From Cycas panzhihuaensis (lineage: Eukaryota; Plantae; Cycadophyta), in NCBI GenBank assembly GCA_023213395.1, contig CM041465.1, positions 78,871,741-78,935,740 of the forward strand: DNA of 64,000 nucleotides, written 5' to 3'. Below the pieces are notes generated by a model. It had not been told where the DNA came from, searched no databases, and worked only from the letters and a program-made list of their open reading frames with translations. Made by a program: the position numbers and the translations under genes. Positions 1 to 12,166 of this stretch are shown one piece after another (positions within the stretch are counted from its first letter, which is position 1; each line of letters opens with the position of its first letter).

Positions 1-739
1 ACAATATCTACTCCATTTCTAAGTCCCAACATAAAGGTGCTAGATGGATATATTCCCCCAAGCTAGCTTGTCAAATTTTGAACCTGAAAGATGCTAGCAA
101 TCCCTCCAACTTGGTCCTTAATTTCAATAAGTGGGTTTCTTGGCAACCTGCAATCTTCATGCTAGGTAGAGTTGAGAAAATACCAACAATGTCCAATAAT
201 AACAAGATGAAATGCAAAAAACTAGGATGTAATGGAAGAAAAACTTAAGATACATTATGTGCATTCGTCTCTAGAACGTATGCTGAGTTGGTATGTTTGC
301 TTCACTTCCCAATTTGCCTGGAACACTTGCACATGGTGGTTTGGTCACTTGGAATTTGCTCGTGTTGGGATCAAGAAGAATAATTCACTTTTTCTCCTTT
401 GATCTCATGTGTTCTAGTATACATTCTCGATAGAATGCACACTGGAATGCATAATTAAAAATCTCATTTTGCATTCTTTTATTCTATATGTTCTCAATAC
501 CATTCCTTTTGGAATGCATAATGTATTTTGGAGGAACACTTACTCAAAATTCCCCCCATTTTTTATAAATATTTTCCCATATCCTTGGTCCATGATTTTA
601 CTTAGCTATATGATTTTGAGTTACGGTTACTTTTTTCTTTTTTCTCTTTTTTTGTAATTTTGTTTTTATGTATTAGGAAAGAATAAAATTTTTAACACTG
701 GGACAACATCGATTGTCCCCAACTTTAAGCAACATATCA

Positions 740-1302
740 TGATACATCCATTTGATCCTTACTGGAGAATCACCCTAATGATAGCAAGGTTTCAACCTAC
801 TTCCATTCACTAATGTTGGCAATTAATGTCTCAATTTCCCTTAATTGAATGGAACCATTTTCGAAATATTATCCACTTTATATGGCCCTATCCATCTCAA
901 TTTTAGATTTCTCAGATGTGTTCAAAACTTGTTATCATAAAGTAGCACTAGATCTCCATTAGTGAACTATGGCGTCCCGAGGTGGCGATCGTGGCATGCC
1001 TTCTACTTTGCCTTCTCTATGGGGATCTTCTTCCAATTGTAGTAGTTGCCACAATCTTCTTCCAATAGATTCGTCATCATCAAGTTGGCATGCTAATGCT
1101 ATTATCAAACTTGGGATCTAGAATTCTATAGGAATGATTGCCTTGACTCCATATATTAGCTTAAATAGGGCCTTCCCTATCACTCATTGTATGTGCTACG
1201 GAATACCCACAATACTAATGGTAGCTTCTTTTCCCAGTCAGATCTTCTAATGTCACAGATTTTCCTTAGGCAATTTTCAATATCTTGTTCGAACTTTCAA
1301 CT
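740..1302 (-). pseudogene. Gypsy (non-chromovirus) integrase C-terminal fragment, element A
   Basis: Minus strand reads NKILKIA..SDWEKKLPLVLWVFRST and later a GPY motif. It joins in frame with 12830-13019 across the element B insertion to give RANGEVESSNKILK. Confidence 0.8.
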
Positions 1303-1944
1303 TGTGGAAATTCCACAGGGAACTCACACCCCAAACATAGATAGTATCCGCTCACAAAGCTACCTTCTATAGTTTTATATAGGTAAACAAGCAATAAAAA
1401 CAAATATTAGGAAAATAGCATCCACTCATAATAGTATCTTCTAGAGTTTCATATAGATAAACAAGCAATAAAAGCAAATATTGGAGCAAAAGGTATAATA
1501 TTTACTGCTTTAAGGTCACAATATTGAATACTCCAATGATATAATACTAGTAAAATATGTACAAAGGTTGCTATACTCACAAGGAATGAAAGCTGAGTCT
1601 TATGCTTCCTCTTCAAGGTGAGACATCCTCCCAACAAGGCTTCTTAAGGCAAAAAATATGGAAAACCCAAAAGTTCGAATGATGATCCTAAACCAAGGCC
1701 AAAATAACCTATAAATAGGTTGCCAAAGTACTTTTTAATTAGGTCAACTAGAATACTAAAGAAGTCATCCAGAATAATACATGTGAATCAGCCAAAATAA
1801 ACATTAAGAAGTTGGCCATATAACACTAAAATTGGCCAGAATAAAGATTAGGAAGTCAGCCAAAATAACACAAAAATTAGCCAGAATAAAGATAAATAAG
1901 GTGGTCGACCAAACCAACCCATCTTTTGAGGTGGAAACACTACA
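1303..1944 (-). repeat. 3' LTR of element B
   Basis: TG...CA ends, similar to 12167-12829, adjacent to the PPT; contains imperfect internal repeats AAGTCAGCCAAAATAA. Confidence 0.9.
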
Positions 1945-1959
1945 AGTCCCTCCCATTGA

Positions 1960-3722
1960 AAGTGTGCTTTACCCTCCAAGCGTGGGAAGGTTCAGATGTT
2001 GTTGGTACCATTCATCAAATTCCCAAGTCACATCTTTATGATATAGCATTTTCCATTTAATCTAGTACTCCCATATTTCTCTGGAGCATAGCCTTTTTGT
2101 TCAAATCTACAAGATGCCTTCTTGTTCTATAATTATTTTGCCTTTTTCATTGAGTATTGGCAACTATGACTGAGGAGTGATAATCTATCCAAGCTTTTGT
2201 TTGAGGTAAGAAATGTGGAAGACATTATGGCTATGACTGCTTAGTGATAAGTTTAGTCAGCATGTGACTTCTCCCACTTTATCAATTATCTGGTACAACC
2301 CAAGAAATCTTGGTTGTAACTTGCATTTACTTGATTATTTTGTTAGAGCTTGTTTATAAGGTTGGAGTCTTAAGAATACCCAATCTCCTATCACAAAAGA
2401 CCTCTTTGTTTTATGCAAATCTACTTCTTGTTTGATTCAATTCTTGGCTAGGTTTAGATTATCTTTCAGTATTTGTAATGTTCTTTGCATATGTTCTTCT
2501 TGTTCTTGAACAAATTGGACCCACACAATCTTTGCCCATGTAAGAAGAGATGGAGGTTCAAAACTGTATAACGCTTGGAAGTGAGTCATTTTTGCAGAGG
2601 TATGGTATGTAGTGTTGTACTGCCACTCGACTAAATGAAGCCACTTGTGCCATTGTTGTTGTTTGTCTAATGTGAAATTTCATAAATATGTTTCCAAACA
2701 TTTACTTACTGCTTTTGTTTGATCATCTGTTTGGTGGTGGTAAGCTTTACTCTTGTTTAATTTTATGACCACCAACTTGAATAACTCCTACTAAAAATTG
2801 CTTATGACTTTTGGATTATGGTCATTGACTATGATATTTGAAAATCCATGAAGATGATAAATCTCCTAGATGAAGAGTTCGACGATTTGACCTACTTTGG
2901 ATGTCGCCTAGAGTTCTAAAACATTGGCATATTTGGTGAGGTGATTGACAACAACAAAGATTGCATCCTTACCTTTTGATATGGGTAGCCCTGATATGAA
3001 GTCCATTGAGATCTCTTCCCATTTATGCTTGGGTACATGCAACAGTTGGAGTAATTTGGGTTGCTTTACATTTTTGCTTCTTTTTCTTACAGATGTCACA
3101 TTCTAAGACAAACTTGTGGATGTCTTCTTTATTTCTTTTCTAAAAAAAAATATTTTGAATTTGGCAGTGCATCTTGTCAATTCCTATATGTTCGATTGTT
3201 GGGGAGAAACGGGCTTCGTTGAGGATCTTAGTTTTTATTGCCAATATAGTAGGTACCATAATCTTCCCATTTCACAGGATCAAGTTTCCTGTTAGTTGAT
3301 ATTTTATTGACTTCTTTATGTGGATCTCTTATAGTGCTTTATGGCACATCTGATTGCCCTAGTATTCTTTAATTAATTCTCTCATCCAAGTTCGAGTAAC
3401 TACAAAAAAGGCACATAAGGGTACATCCTCCTACATGATACCATCCTTGCGTATTTAAGATAATGCATCTGCAATGACATTTTCTTTTCCCCTTTTGTAA
3501 ATAATACTAAAATCAAATGTTTGAGGTTTGCTTATCCATTTTTGTTTTTTGTTGGATAATGTCTTTTGATTTAAAAAGTATTTGAGACTATCATGGTCGG
3601 TTTTTACCATCAATTTACTTTTAAGTATTGACACCACTGATGTGTGGTGTGCATAATTGCTATTTAACTTGTGACTTCCATATGCTATTGGACAATTGTT
3701 TTGGAGAAGTACCACTCTTATT
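1960..3722 (-). pseudogene. Element B pol 3' part: RNase H, integrase, chromodomain (decayed)
   Basis: ORF fragments KTDHDSLKYFLNQKTLS..ENVIADALS and [22 protein letters not shown]; many stops and frameshifts. Confidence 0.85.
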
Positions 3723-4419
3723 TGTTAGAAATGTAAATTCTCTATGATACTATATTAGAATTTAGAATAACATGTTGTGATGTAATGAATATAATGCAAT
3801 GCAAATATAACAAGAATATATAATGACTAAATTAACTCATGAGGAATGTACACAAATAAAGGAATAAACATGAACATAAAGTAATGAAAAAGATAAAGAA
3901 TACACCAATCAACATCACCACAAGAGATACAACAAATTTATATGTGAAAAAAAACCACAGGAGAAGGTAGAGTTGGGAGATCCTCTCATGATATCATAAT
4001 GAATACATCTCCAAGTCTAGAATCTTTCTCAAATTCTCAAGTGGTGTGTATACATATTTATATCAGTAGTCACCTCATGAGTAGCCTATAAATTTTCTTG
4101 AGTTGTTACATCATCCAATAGGATGTTTACATAGATATATGTGCCTCTCACATATCTCAATGCATCTAGTGAGTGGATTTATGTACGTGTCTTCATCGTT
4201 AATATTAAACATTACATATGTGAATAATTCACATAATTCAACATTCTCCCTTAATGTTTAATGTCTCCAAATCTTCATGTCTTCATATCTGCTAAATCCT
4301 ATAACCTGTATAACAATCTATATCATTTTGTAACTTGTACAGATATATGTATCTATATCATGTATCATCACCCATAATTTGTAATCTATCATCCATCATG
4401 CTTGTTTCCTGCAAGCATT

Positions 4420-7400
4420 TGTTAGAATATTAATGCACACTTGTTTTGTCCTACATGCAAGTGGGTTCTACTCTTCTAATATGACTTGTATTATAAATAC
4501 AAGATATTGTGTATCATATGTAAGTTGTTATAATGATTTTCTTAATACAATGGAGGTACCTTAAGGGTACCGTTCGATCCTATGGAGGTGTGTTTTGTTC
4601 TGTTTGAGAATATTATTTGTGCAGGTTGATTCCCAACATGGCTGTTAGAATATTAATGCACATTTGTTTTGTCCCACATGCAAATGGGTTCCACTCTCAC
4701 TATATTGACATGTATTATAAATACACAACAGTGTATCATATTGTATCATGTTGTAAGGATATTTTGTTAATACAATGGAGGTACCTTAAGGGTACTTATG
4801 GAGGTGTGTTTCTTTTTTGTTTTCCAATATCTTATTGCATGTCTATTTTCCAACATGGTATCAAAGCGCCAAGGTTGAGAGAGGTGTTTTTGTTCGATAT
4901 TAGAGCAATGATTTGGGAGGTGCCATAACGTTGAAATTTCTGAAAAGTAATAGCAAAATTGAGACGAAATAGCTCATTATGTAAAATTTGAATGGTCGCA
5001 CTATAGATTTTGGGGTGAAATTGCGAAAATTACAGCAGAATTAATTTCGGCCTGCATTTTTTCCGTCGCCGTATTTTTTGGGACAGATCTGCAACCTCAA
5101 CTTCAAAAAGCCATAACTTTGGCTACAGGTATCCAAATGACCTCAATTTTTTTTTTATTCTATGCGTTTTTGAATTATCTTTCTAATGGAAGTGGTTTGA
5201 GGTTCATCAAAATTCAGAATAAAAAGTTATTATCAGTTTATCAGAAGGTACTATTATAGCCCTTAGAAACCCTAGTTATGATATTCTTAAAAGGAGCATA
5301 ACTTTTTATCTAGATATTAGAATTCAATTTCGTTTGAACTGTTAGAATCGTATTTTAGAGGTCATCATTTTCATCCATATTTTATGTATTTTTGAGCTAT
5401 ACATTTTTTCAAAAATAAGTTTTTGGGAATTTAAGGGTTTCATATTGATATGGTGACATGAATGAGGCAATGGTAATGAAGTGATTGTTTGAGGCTCTCT
5501 TATGTATGTGGAACATGGGAGAGTATTGTTGCAATGTGAGATGATATTAAGTCATATTGATGCGAATATATTTGGCACTCTATTAGTGATTTGAGATGCA
5601 TGATGGTGATTGTTTAATGATAGTTTGAGTGCTTTCTTACATGTGTCTGTATGAGAAAGCTATTGTGACGATGGCATAGTATGGTAATGAAGTGATAGTA
5701 TATGTGTTTGCATGAATGAGTTGGATGGAATATGACAATTAAGTGCTCCGTGGAATTTGATTTGCGTGAAGGGACTTAATGGGCATAACAAAGCTAATTT
5801 GAAGGCAAGAAAGATAGTGATTTGAGGCAATGAGGTGCTTGTTGCATGTGAGGTTACATGACAAGATTGGGCAATTGTTAGGTGTGTTAAGGATGAGATC
5901 AAGCATGTTTGATGATGTGTTCTAATTGATTGAATGGGCAAAGAAATATGAGTTTCTTTTGTTGAAGATATGTGAGTTACAGGGAAGCAAAATTGTTGAG
6001 TGGTGTAATGGCATGAGTTGTGTTTTGGGCAATCAAGTGAAGTATGTATCTTGGTAGCGACATATGGCATGTATGATCATTGTGAGATTTATGAGGCATT
6101 GATTTGGTGAAATGAGTGTTTGGATTTTATGTGACTATTTGGCATATGTGAGATGTATAAGGCAATGATGTGATGATGAAGTCAGTGATATGAGGGACAT
6201 GAGACATGAGAAAGTTTGTTGAGATTGATGGGTGAATTTGTTGATTGGAAAAGGGACATGGTGTTAGACAATGGCATTTACAATCATGGAGAATAATGAT
6301 GTGGTTATATATGCTCCTGAAACAAATGAATATTACTTAAGGGATTCGTTTCTTCCAATACCTAAGTGTAACGGTGAAGACTACTTCTTTTGGAGAATTA
6401 AAATGAGATGTTTATTCATAGCTAGAGGTTTATGGAAGATTGTTATTGATGAATATGATATCCCTAATGATGAAGAAGAAAAGGAAATGCTTGAGAAGAA
6501 AGATAGGAAAGCGTTCATTATGATTCATGCTGCATTCAATGATGTTGATCTTCCTTCCAAATTCCATTTTGTTATTCCTATGATTCTACATGCAAGTAAT
6601 GCTAAAGAAGCTTGGGATTTTCTAAAGGAAGTATTTTAACAAACCCCTAAAGAGACACAACGAATGATTGAAAATGCAATTAAGGCTAATTATGGTTATG
6701 GTACAGGTACAACAAATGAAGAAAATATCATCAACTCTGATGAAACAACATGTCAAGATGAAGAAGGTCTGAGTACTGATGAAATTTCTACTGAATGTAA
6801 AGAAACGATGGTTGAATGTATTGATGAGACTACAACTACTAATGAAGATGTTGAAAATAATGAATTGATAAAGGTTTATATAGATGACACCATGATTTCA
6901 AGAGAAATTGAATATGAATCCGATGGTCCTATAAAGGATGAGTCTTATATTGATGATATTTCTACTTTAAGTATTGATTCAAGTTTGAATGATGTTCCTA
7001 CTTTGAACATTCATTCAATTTCAAAGAGTATGCTAGTTGATCAAGATTCCGCTCCAAAGATTGAAGAAATCACTATTGTACATGGTGATCAAGAGTTTAT
7101 ATAGGATAATGATGATATGCAAGTTGTGATTGAAGATGGTTGTTCTGGGATCTACATCAAAATCAATCTAGACCAGGCACAATGAAGAATCATGATTTGC
7201 ACTTGCTAGAGCTGCTACATCAACATCATCACTACAGGATTGAAGATAGAAATCAAGTTGAGGACATCATCCTACAAAGACATCAGTACATAATTGAAGA
7301 CACAAATCAAGATGAGGAGATCATTCTACAACAAAGGCATCACTACAAGTTTGAAGACAAGGATCAAGTTGAAGACATCATTTTCAAGACACTTCCAAGG

Positions 7401-7652
7401 ACAAAGCGTTGCAAATACAAATGACCTAAATGTACATTAAGGGGGAGTGCTAGAATATTAATGCACATTTATTTTGTCCCACATGCAAATGGGTTCCACT
7501 CTCACTATATTGACATATATTATAAATACACAACATAGTGTATCATATTATAAGGATATTTTGTTAATACAATGGAGGTACCTTAAGGGTACCTATGGAG
7601 GTGTGTTTCTTTTTCGTTTTCCAATATCTTATTGCAGGTCTATTTTCCAACA
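4420..7652 (+). mobile_element. Mini Copia-derived non-autonomous LTR element with three LTRs (element D, TR-GAG-like)
   Basis: LTR1 4420-4638, TGGC spacer, LTR2 4643-4855, PBS TGGTATCAAAGC from 4856, PPT AAGGGGGAG 7439-7447, LTR3 7448-7652; perfect TSD GCATT at 4415-4419 and 7653-7657. Confidence 0.92.
6271..7424 (+). pseudogene. Disrupted ORF: Copia Gag N-terminus + acidic linker + degenerate RNase H C-terminal tail
   Basis: PKCNGEDYFFWRIKMR..GLWKIV and AKEAWDFLK are Copia Gag motifs; the middle is D/E/T-rich; the end DQVEDIIFKTLPRTK resembles the Copia RH end DQ.ADIFTK.L. Two in-frame stops and one frameshift near 7140. Confidence 0.8.
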
Positions 7653-9385
7653 GCATTAACCTGCAAAACCTATATTAACCTATATGTAGTCATTTATAAT
7701 CATCAATGATCAATTGTGAACATCCAACCTATAAATATCATCCATCAATTATCAACATCAACCAATGTATAAAGTGTTTTGTTGAACATCTTCATATCTT
7801 CACCTATAAAGCTGTTATCAAACATTTGTCAACCAGTTATCAAATCAACAAACAAATTGATTATTGGGTCCATATTAAATAATAACCATATACCAAAATA
7901 CATGGGTAACCAATCTCTGTAATCACTAGTTCTTTAGGTAATTTTTTTAGATACATGGTTAATTAGCTTTCAAAATATTTGTTACAAGAGTAACATAATC
8001 TCGCCTCTTGCGTATGAGTTAGAATAACATAATCTAGTGTGTTTTGTAAGAGTAATTTGTGAAACCTGATTTGACTCTTGCGTACAAGATTTCTTTACGT
8101 GCTTTCTCACTTGCACACTTTAGAAGCTTTCTTTTACCAGCCATTAATCACTCATCATCAACAAACAATCATCCAAAACATACTAACTCTAGGAACAAGC
8201 TGAATTGCTTGGCCAAGATAAGTTAAATATAACAAGGTAACATAAAAATCTATTTCCACGTCTCTTGTCATACATGTCTAGTCAAATTTCTCACCGACAA
8301 ACACAAATAAACATCATCCTTCAGCTGGATAGTCTCAACATCTGATTATTAGTTGGATAAACTCAACAACTAATTTGGTATGTCAAGTAAACAATGTATG
8401 AAACGTTTCTCCTTGTCTCATAAACAGGTGGAATTCTCAATCATCAACTTATCTCTCCAATATTAATCAAACAAACTAGGCTATTTGTCAAAATCATGTG
8501 GTGTCATCATCATCAAAACAGGTGTCATATTCATTCATTTGTCATCAATAATTAGATGTCCAAATAAATCAAGTGATTTGTCATTTGTCTAATGACGTGC
8601 ACTTCATTAAACCAAATGTGTAAATTATAAGGGGGATTTGTATATCCAACATATCAATAAATTCGCACATCAATATTTCATTAAATATATCCCACTTCAT
8701 GAAATTTTCATCTATTATACTAGCTCATCAAATTGGCTCTTATAGGCTTACTTCCTACTTGCACATCTTTCAACTCACCATGGCTCTAATAGGCTTGCAA
8801 CCTATCTTTATAAGATTTTTCACAACATGGCTAATAACTAGGCTCTGATAGACTTACAACCATTGGCTCTGATACCATGTTAGAAATTCTCTCAGATACC
8901 ATATTAGAATTTAGAATAACATGTGATGTAATGAATATAACATAGCGAAAATATAACAAGCATATATAATGACTAAATTAACTCATTAGGAATATACACA
9001 AATAAAGGAATAAACATGAACATAAAGTAATGAAATAGATAAAGCATGCACCAATAAGCATCGCCACAAGAAGGACAACAAATTTATACCTGAAAATTTT
9101 GGTGTGGGAAAAACCACAGGAGAAGGTGGAGTTGGGAGATCCTCTTATGATATCAAAATGAATACATCTCCAAGTCTAGGACCTTTCTCAAGTTCTCAAG
9201 TGGCGTGTATATATATTTATATCAATAGTCATCTCATGAGTAGTTTATAATTACTCTTAATCCATTACATCATCAAATTGGATGTTTAAGTGGATAAATG
9301 TCTCTCGCATATCTCAATATATCTGGGAAGTGGGTTTATGTATGTGTCCTCATCATTAACGTTAAACATTACATACGTTCCAACA

Positions 9386-12150
9386 CCATTCCCACTTCTA
9401 ATGTGTCACATTCTAATATGATTGGGTTGTTGAAGTCTGGAGTTGCAAGTATTGGTGTTGTAGCCATTGTTGTCTTAAATCCTTAAAATGCATTCTCAGT
9501 TGGTTGACTCTACATAAATCTATCCTTCTTGGTTAAATTCGTCAATGGCGTTGCAATGTGGGCATATCCCTTAATAAATCTATACAGGAACTTGATAGCC
9601 CCTAGAAAATTTCTTATACCTATTATATTTTTTGGGGTGGGCCATTCTATGATTGCTTGGACCTTTTTTGGATCCATCTTGACGTCTTCTTGCATGATAA
9701 TATGCCCTGATTATTCTAGCTTTATTTGCCTGAAACTGCATTTTCTTTTGTTTGCAAAGAATTGATTGTCCTTTAAGACTTGTAATATGATCTTAAGATG
9801 CTCTATGTGTTTCTCCCATGTTGAACTATAAATCAAAATATTATCAGAAAAAAACTAATATTAATTTGCATAAAAATGGTTGAAGAACCTTATTCATTAT
9901 GCTCTCAAAGGTGGCCAAAGCATTAGTTAGCTTGAATAGACTAACACAGAATTCAAACAGCCCTTTGTGGGTGTAAAAAGTTGTTTTGTATATGTCTTTA
10001 GCTTTAATGTGGATCTGATAATATCTTGAATGTAGATTGATCTTTGAAAAATACTTTGCTCTGTGTAACTCGTCCAAAAGGTCATCAATTCGGGGAATTT
10101 AATACTTGTTCTTGATTATGAGTTTGTTGAGTCCTTGGTAGTCTATGCACATGCGATATGATCTAACTTTCTTTTGAATTAATATGACTGGTGATGCAAA
10201 AGGGCTAGTGTTGGGGGTGATGTTCCCTTGTTGCAAGAGTTTTTGCATAATTTGTTTGATCTCCTTTCTGGAATGGTATCGATGCTGATAAGGTTGAATG
10301 TTTATAAGTGTTGCCTCAGAGGTAAACTTGATGTTCACATCCACAGCTTGGAGGTAACCCTTGGGGTGGTTCCTCAAAGACTTCATTGTATTGATCAATG
10401 AGGGCCTAGACTTCTGTTGAAATATCCTTAATCACGATTTTGTAGCATGTTATCGTGTGTGATGTTGGGCTTTTATTCAATAGTTTCTCCATGTGATGCA
10501 AAGTCACTAGCTCAGTTGGCAGCATTGGGGGTGCCTACAACTTGTATTTACGCCCCTTTTAGAAAAAACTCATGAAGTGAGTACTGTAGTTGGTGAAAAT
10601 ATTTCCTAGGTTTTTCAACCACTGTATTATGAGGATGACATCTACTCCTCAGATTGGCATGGAAAACATGCATATAGTGGTAGAATAGTTGGTTATTTGT
10701 AAATTCACCTTTTGGCAATATCCTCTGCATGGCATAGTCTTGTCATTAGCGATGGCAACCTAAGTGGTTGAATTTGCAGACCCAATTTCTTTGTAGTTGG
10801 CTCATTTATGAAGTTATGAGTGTTCCTACTATCCTCTAGGATTGCTACTTTTGCATTTTTTATCATACCTTGGAATCGTAGTGTTTAAGGAGTGTTGACT
10901 TCACCAGTGATTTCTTGCAATGATATCTACACATTTTCGATATTTGTATTAAGTAATTCTTCAATTTTGGTTTTGTCACCTTGAACTTGATTGTTCTTGG
11001 AATTCTTCTGGAATGTCTATCTCCTCATGATTGATCATGAATACCATTTTGATTGGACACTTGTGGTCTCGATTCCATTTCCCCCTGCACTTAAAGCAAG
11101 TTCCTTTTTGAAGATGCTTTGCTTTAGAAGTTTTTCTCCCAATTGACCTTTCTTCATTTTGTTCAGTAAGGGAAGGTTCAACTTTTGTACTTGAATAGTT
11201 CCATTTGGTTGGAAACTCTGGCCCTAATATCTGGGAGGGTTGTTTTGACAAACATAACTCTATCTTACTTCTCAATGTTTAGCCTCCATATATGACGAAT
11301 TGCATCACTTAAGATCACTATACCCATTGTTTTTAAGTGGAATTTAATATTTCCTATGAGTTCAACGATATATGCTTCTATGAGTAGATTGTCTTCATTC
11401 TTCTTGTTGACTAGGTTGTATAGAGTTTGGAATTGCTTTGTATAAGTCTACACTAATCCCGTTTGTTGGAGATGCATAAGTTGGTCAGAATAATCTGTGT
11501 TCCGTAGGTCCTTGTATTGTTCTACAAGGCTTGTTTTCAAGAAGATGTTGTTGTAATGTTTGTCCCTTTATAAACTCGATTCCATCAATAGAACCATTTA
11601 AGAGATTTCCCATTTAAATGAAGGGATTCCAAGAGGATTTTCTCTTTCTTTGACAATTTGCACGCCTCAAAATAGATCTCTATTTGGATTATCCAACTGT
11701 AGTGTCTCTTGACTTATTTGGGTTAAATTTCTCTAAAAGAAATTTGGTATCCTTGAGCCCTTCTCTTGGCCCATCTTGATCCAACTTATCTTGCCACTCT
11801 TCTGAATCCCATTCTTGATCATCTCTTTCATTCCCAAATGTCCCTATTTCATCCTTAAGTTGTTCTTTCCCTTTAAGGGGTCCTTGGGTATTTTCTCTGA
11901 TCAATTGTTTGATCTCTTTCATTTCCCTTTTTATGAGGGCTATGTCATCATGTCATCTACCTCAGAGTTTACATCCTATGTGGTTATTGATGCCTAATTC
12001 ATCATTTTGTCTGACTCAAGTCTTTTCATTGATCTTAACTATGTTATATGGGAAAAAAATTTTGGTCGTTTTTTCCTTCTTGGGTGCCCTGATTTCCTCT
12101 ACTAGGCTTCTAAATGTAGTGTTTTTTCTAAAAAGAAGACCTCAAAATTG
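9386..12150 (-). pseudogene. Element B gag-PR-RT (decayed)
   Basis: KGTCFKCRGKWNRDHKC knuckle; SPFASPVILI..YRMCIDYQGLNKL; FSKINLHSRYYQI; FIKGYAHIATPLTNL. Confidence 0.88.
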
Positions 12151-12166
12151 AGGCTTTGATACCACT

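Larger units (their letters stand above)
3723..9385 (-). mobile_element. Non-autonomous, apparently non-coding LTR element (element C; about 2.4 kb without its insert) inserted in the RNase H of B
   Basis: LTRs 3723-4243 and 8878-9385 (TGTT...AACA); PBS TGGTATCAGAGCC on minus at 8865-8877; PPT AAGGGAGAA at 4244-4252; degenerate TSD TTATT/CCATT. The B RNase H (ECD..VG/IRVVLLQ) rejoins across it. No TE protein ORF was found inside. Confidence 0.85.

Noticed and set aside
4617-4928. ORFs 4617-4928 and 7474-7659 that resemble each other
   Set aside because: They are chance translations of the duplicated LTRs of element D.
5660-6070. 136-aa His/Thr/Ser-rich minus-strand ORF
   Set aside because: It follows from the compositional skew of the D leader and has no recognisable domain.
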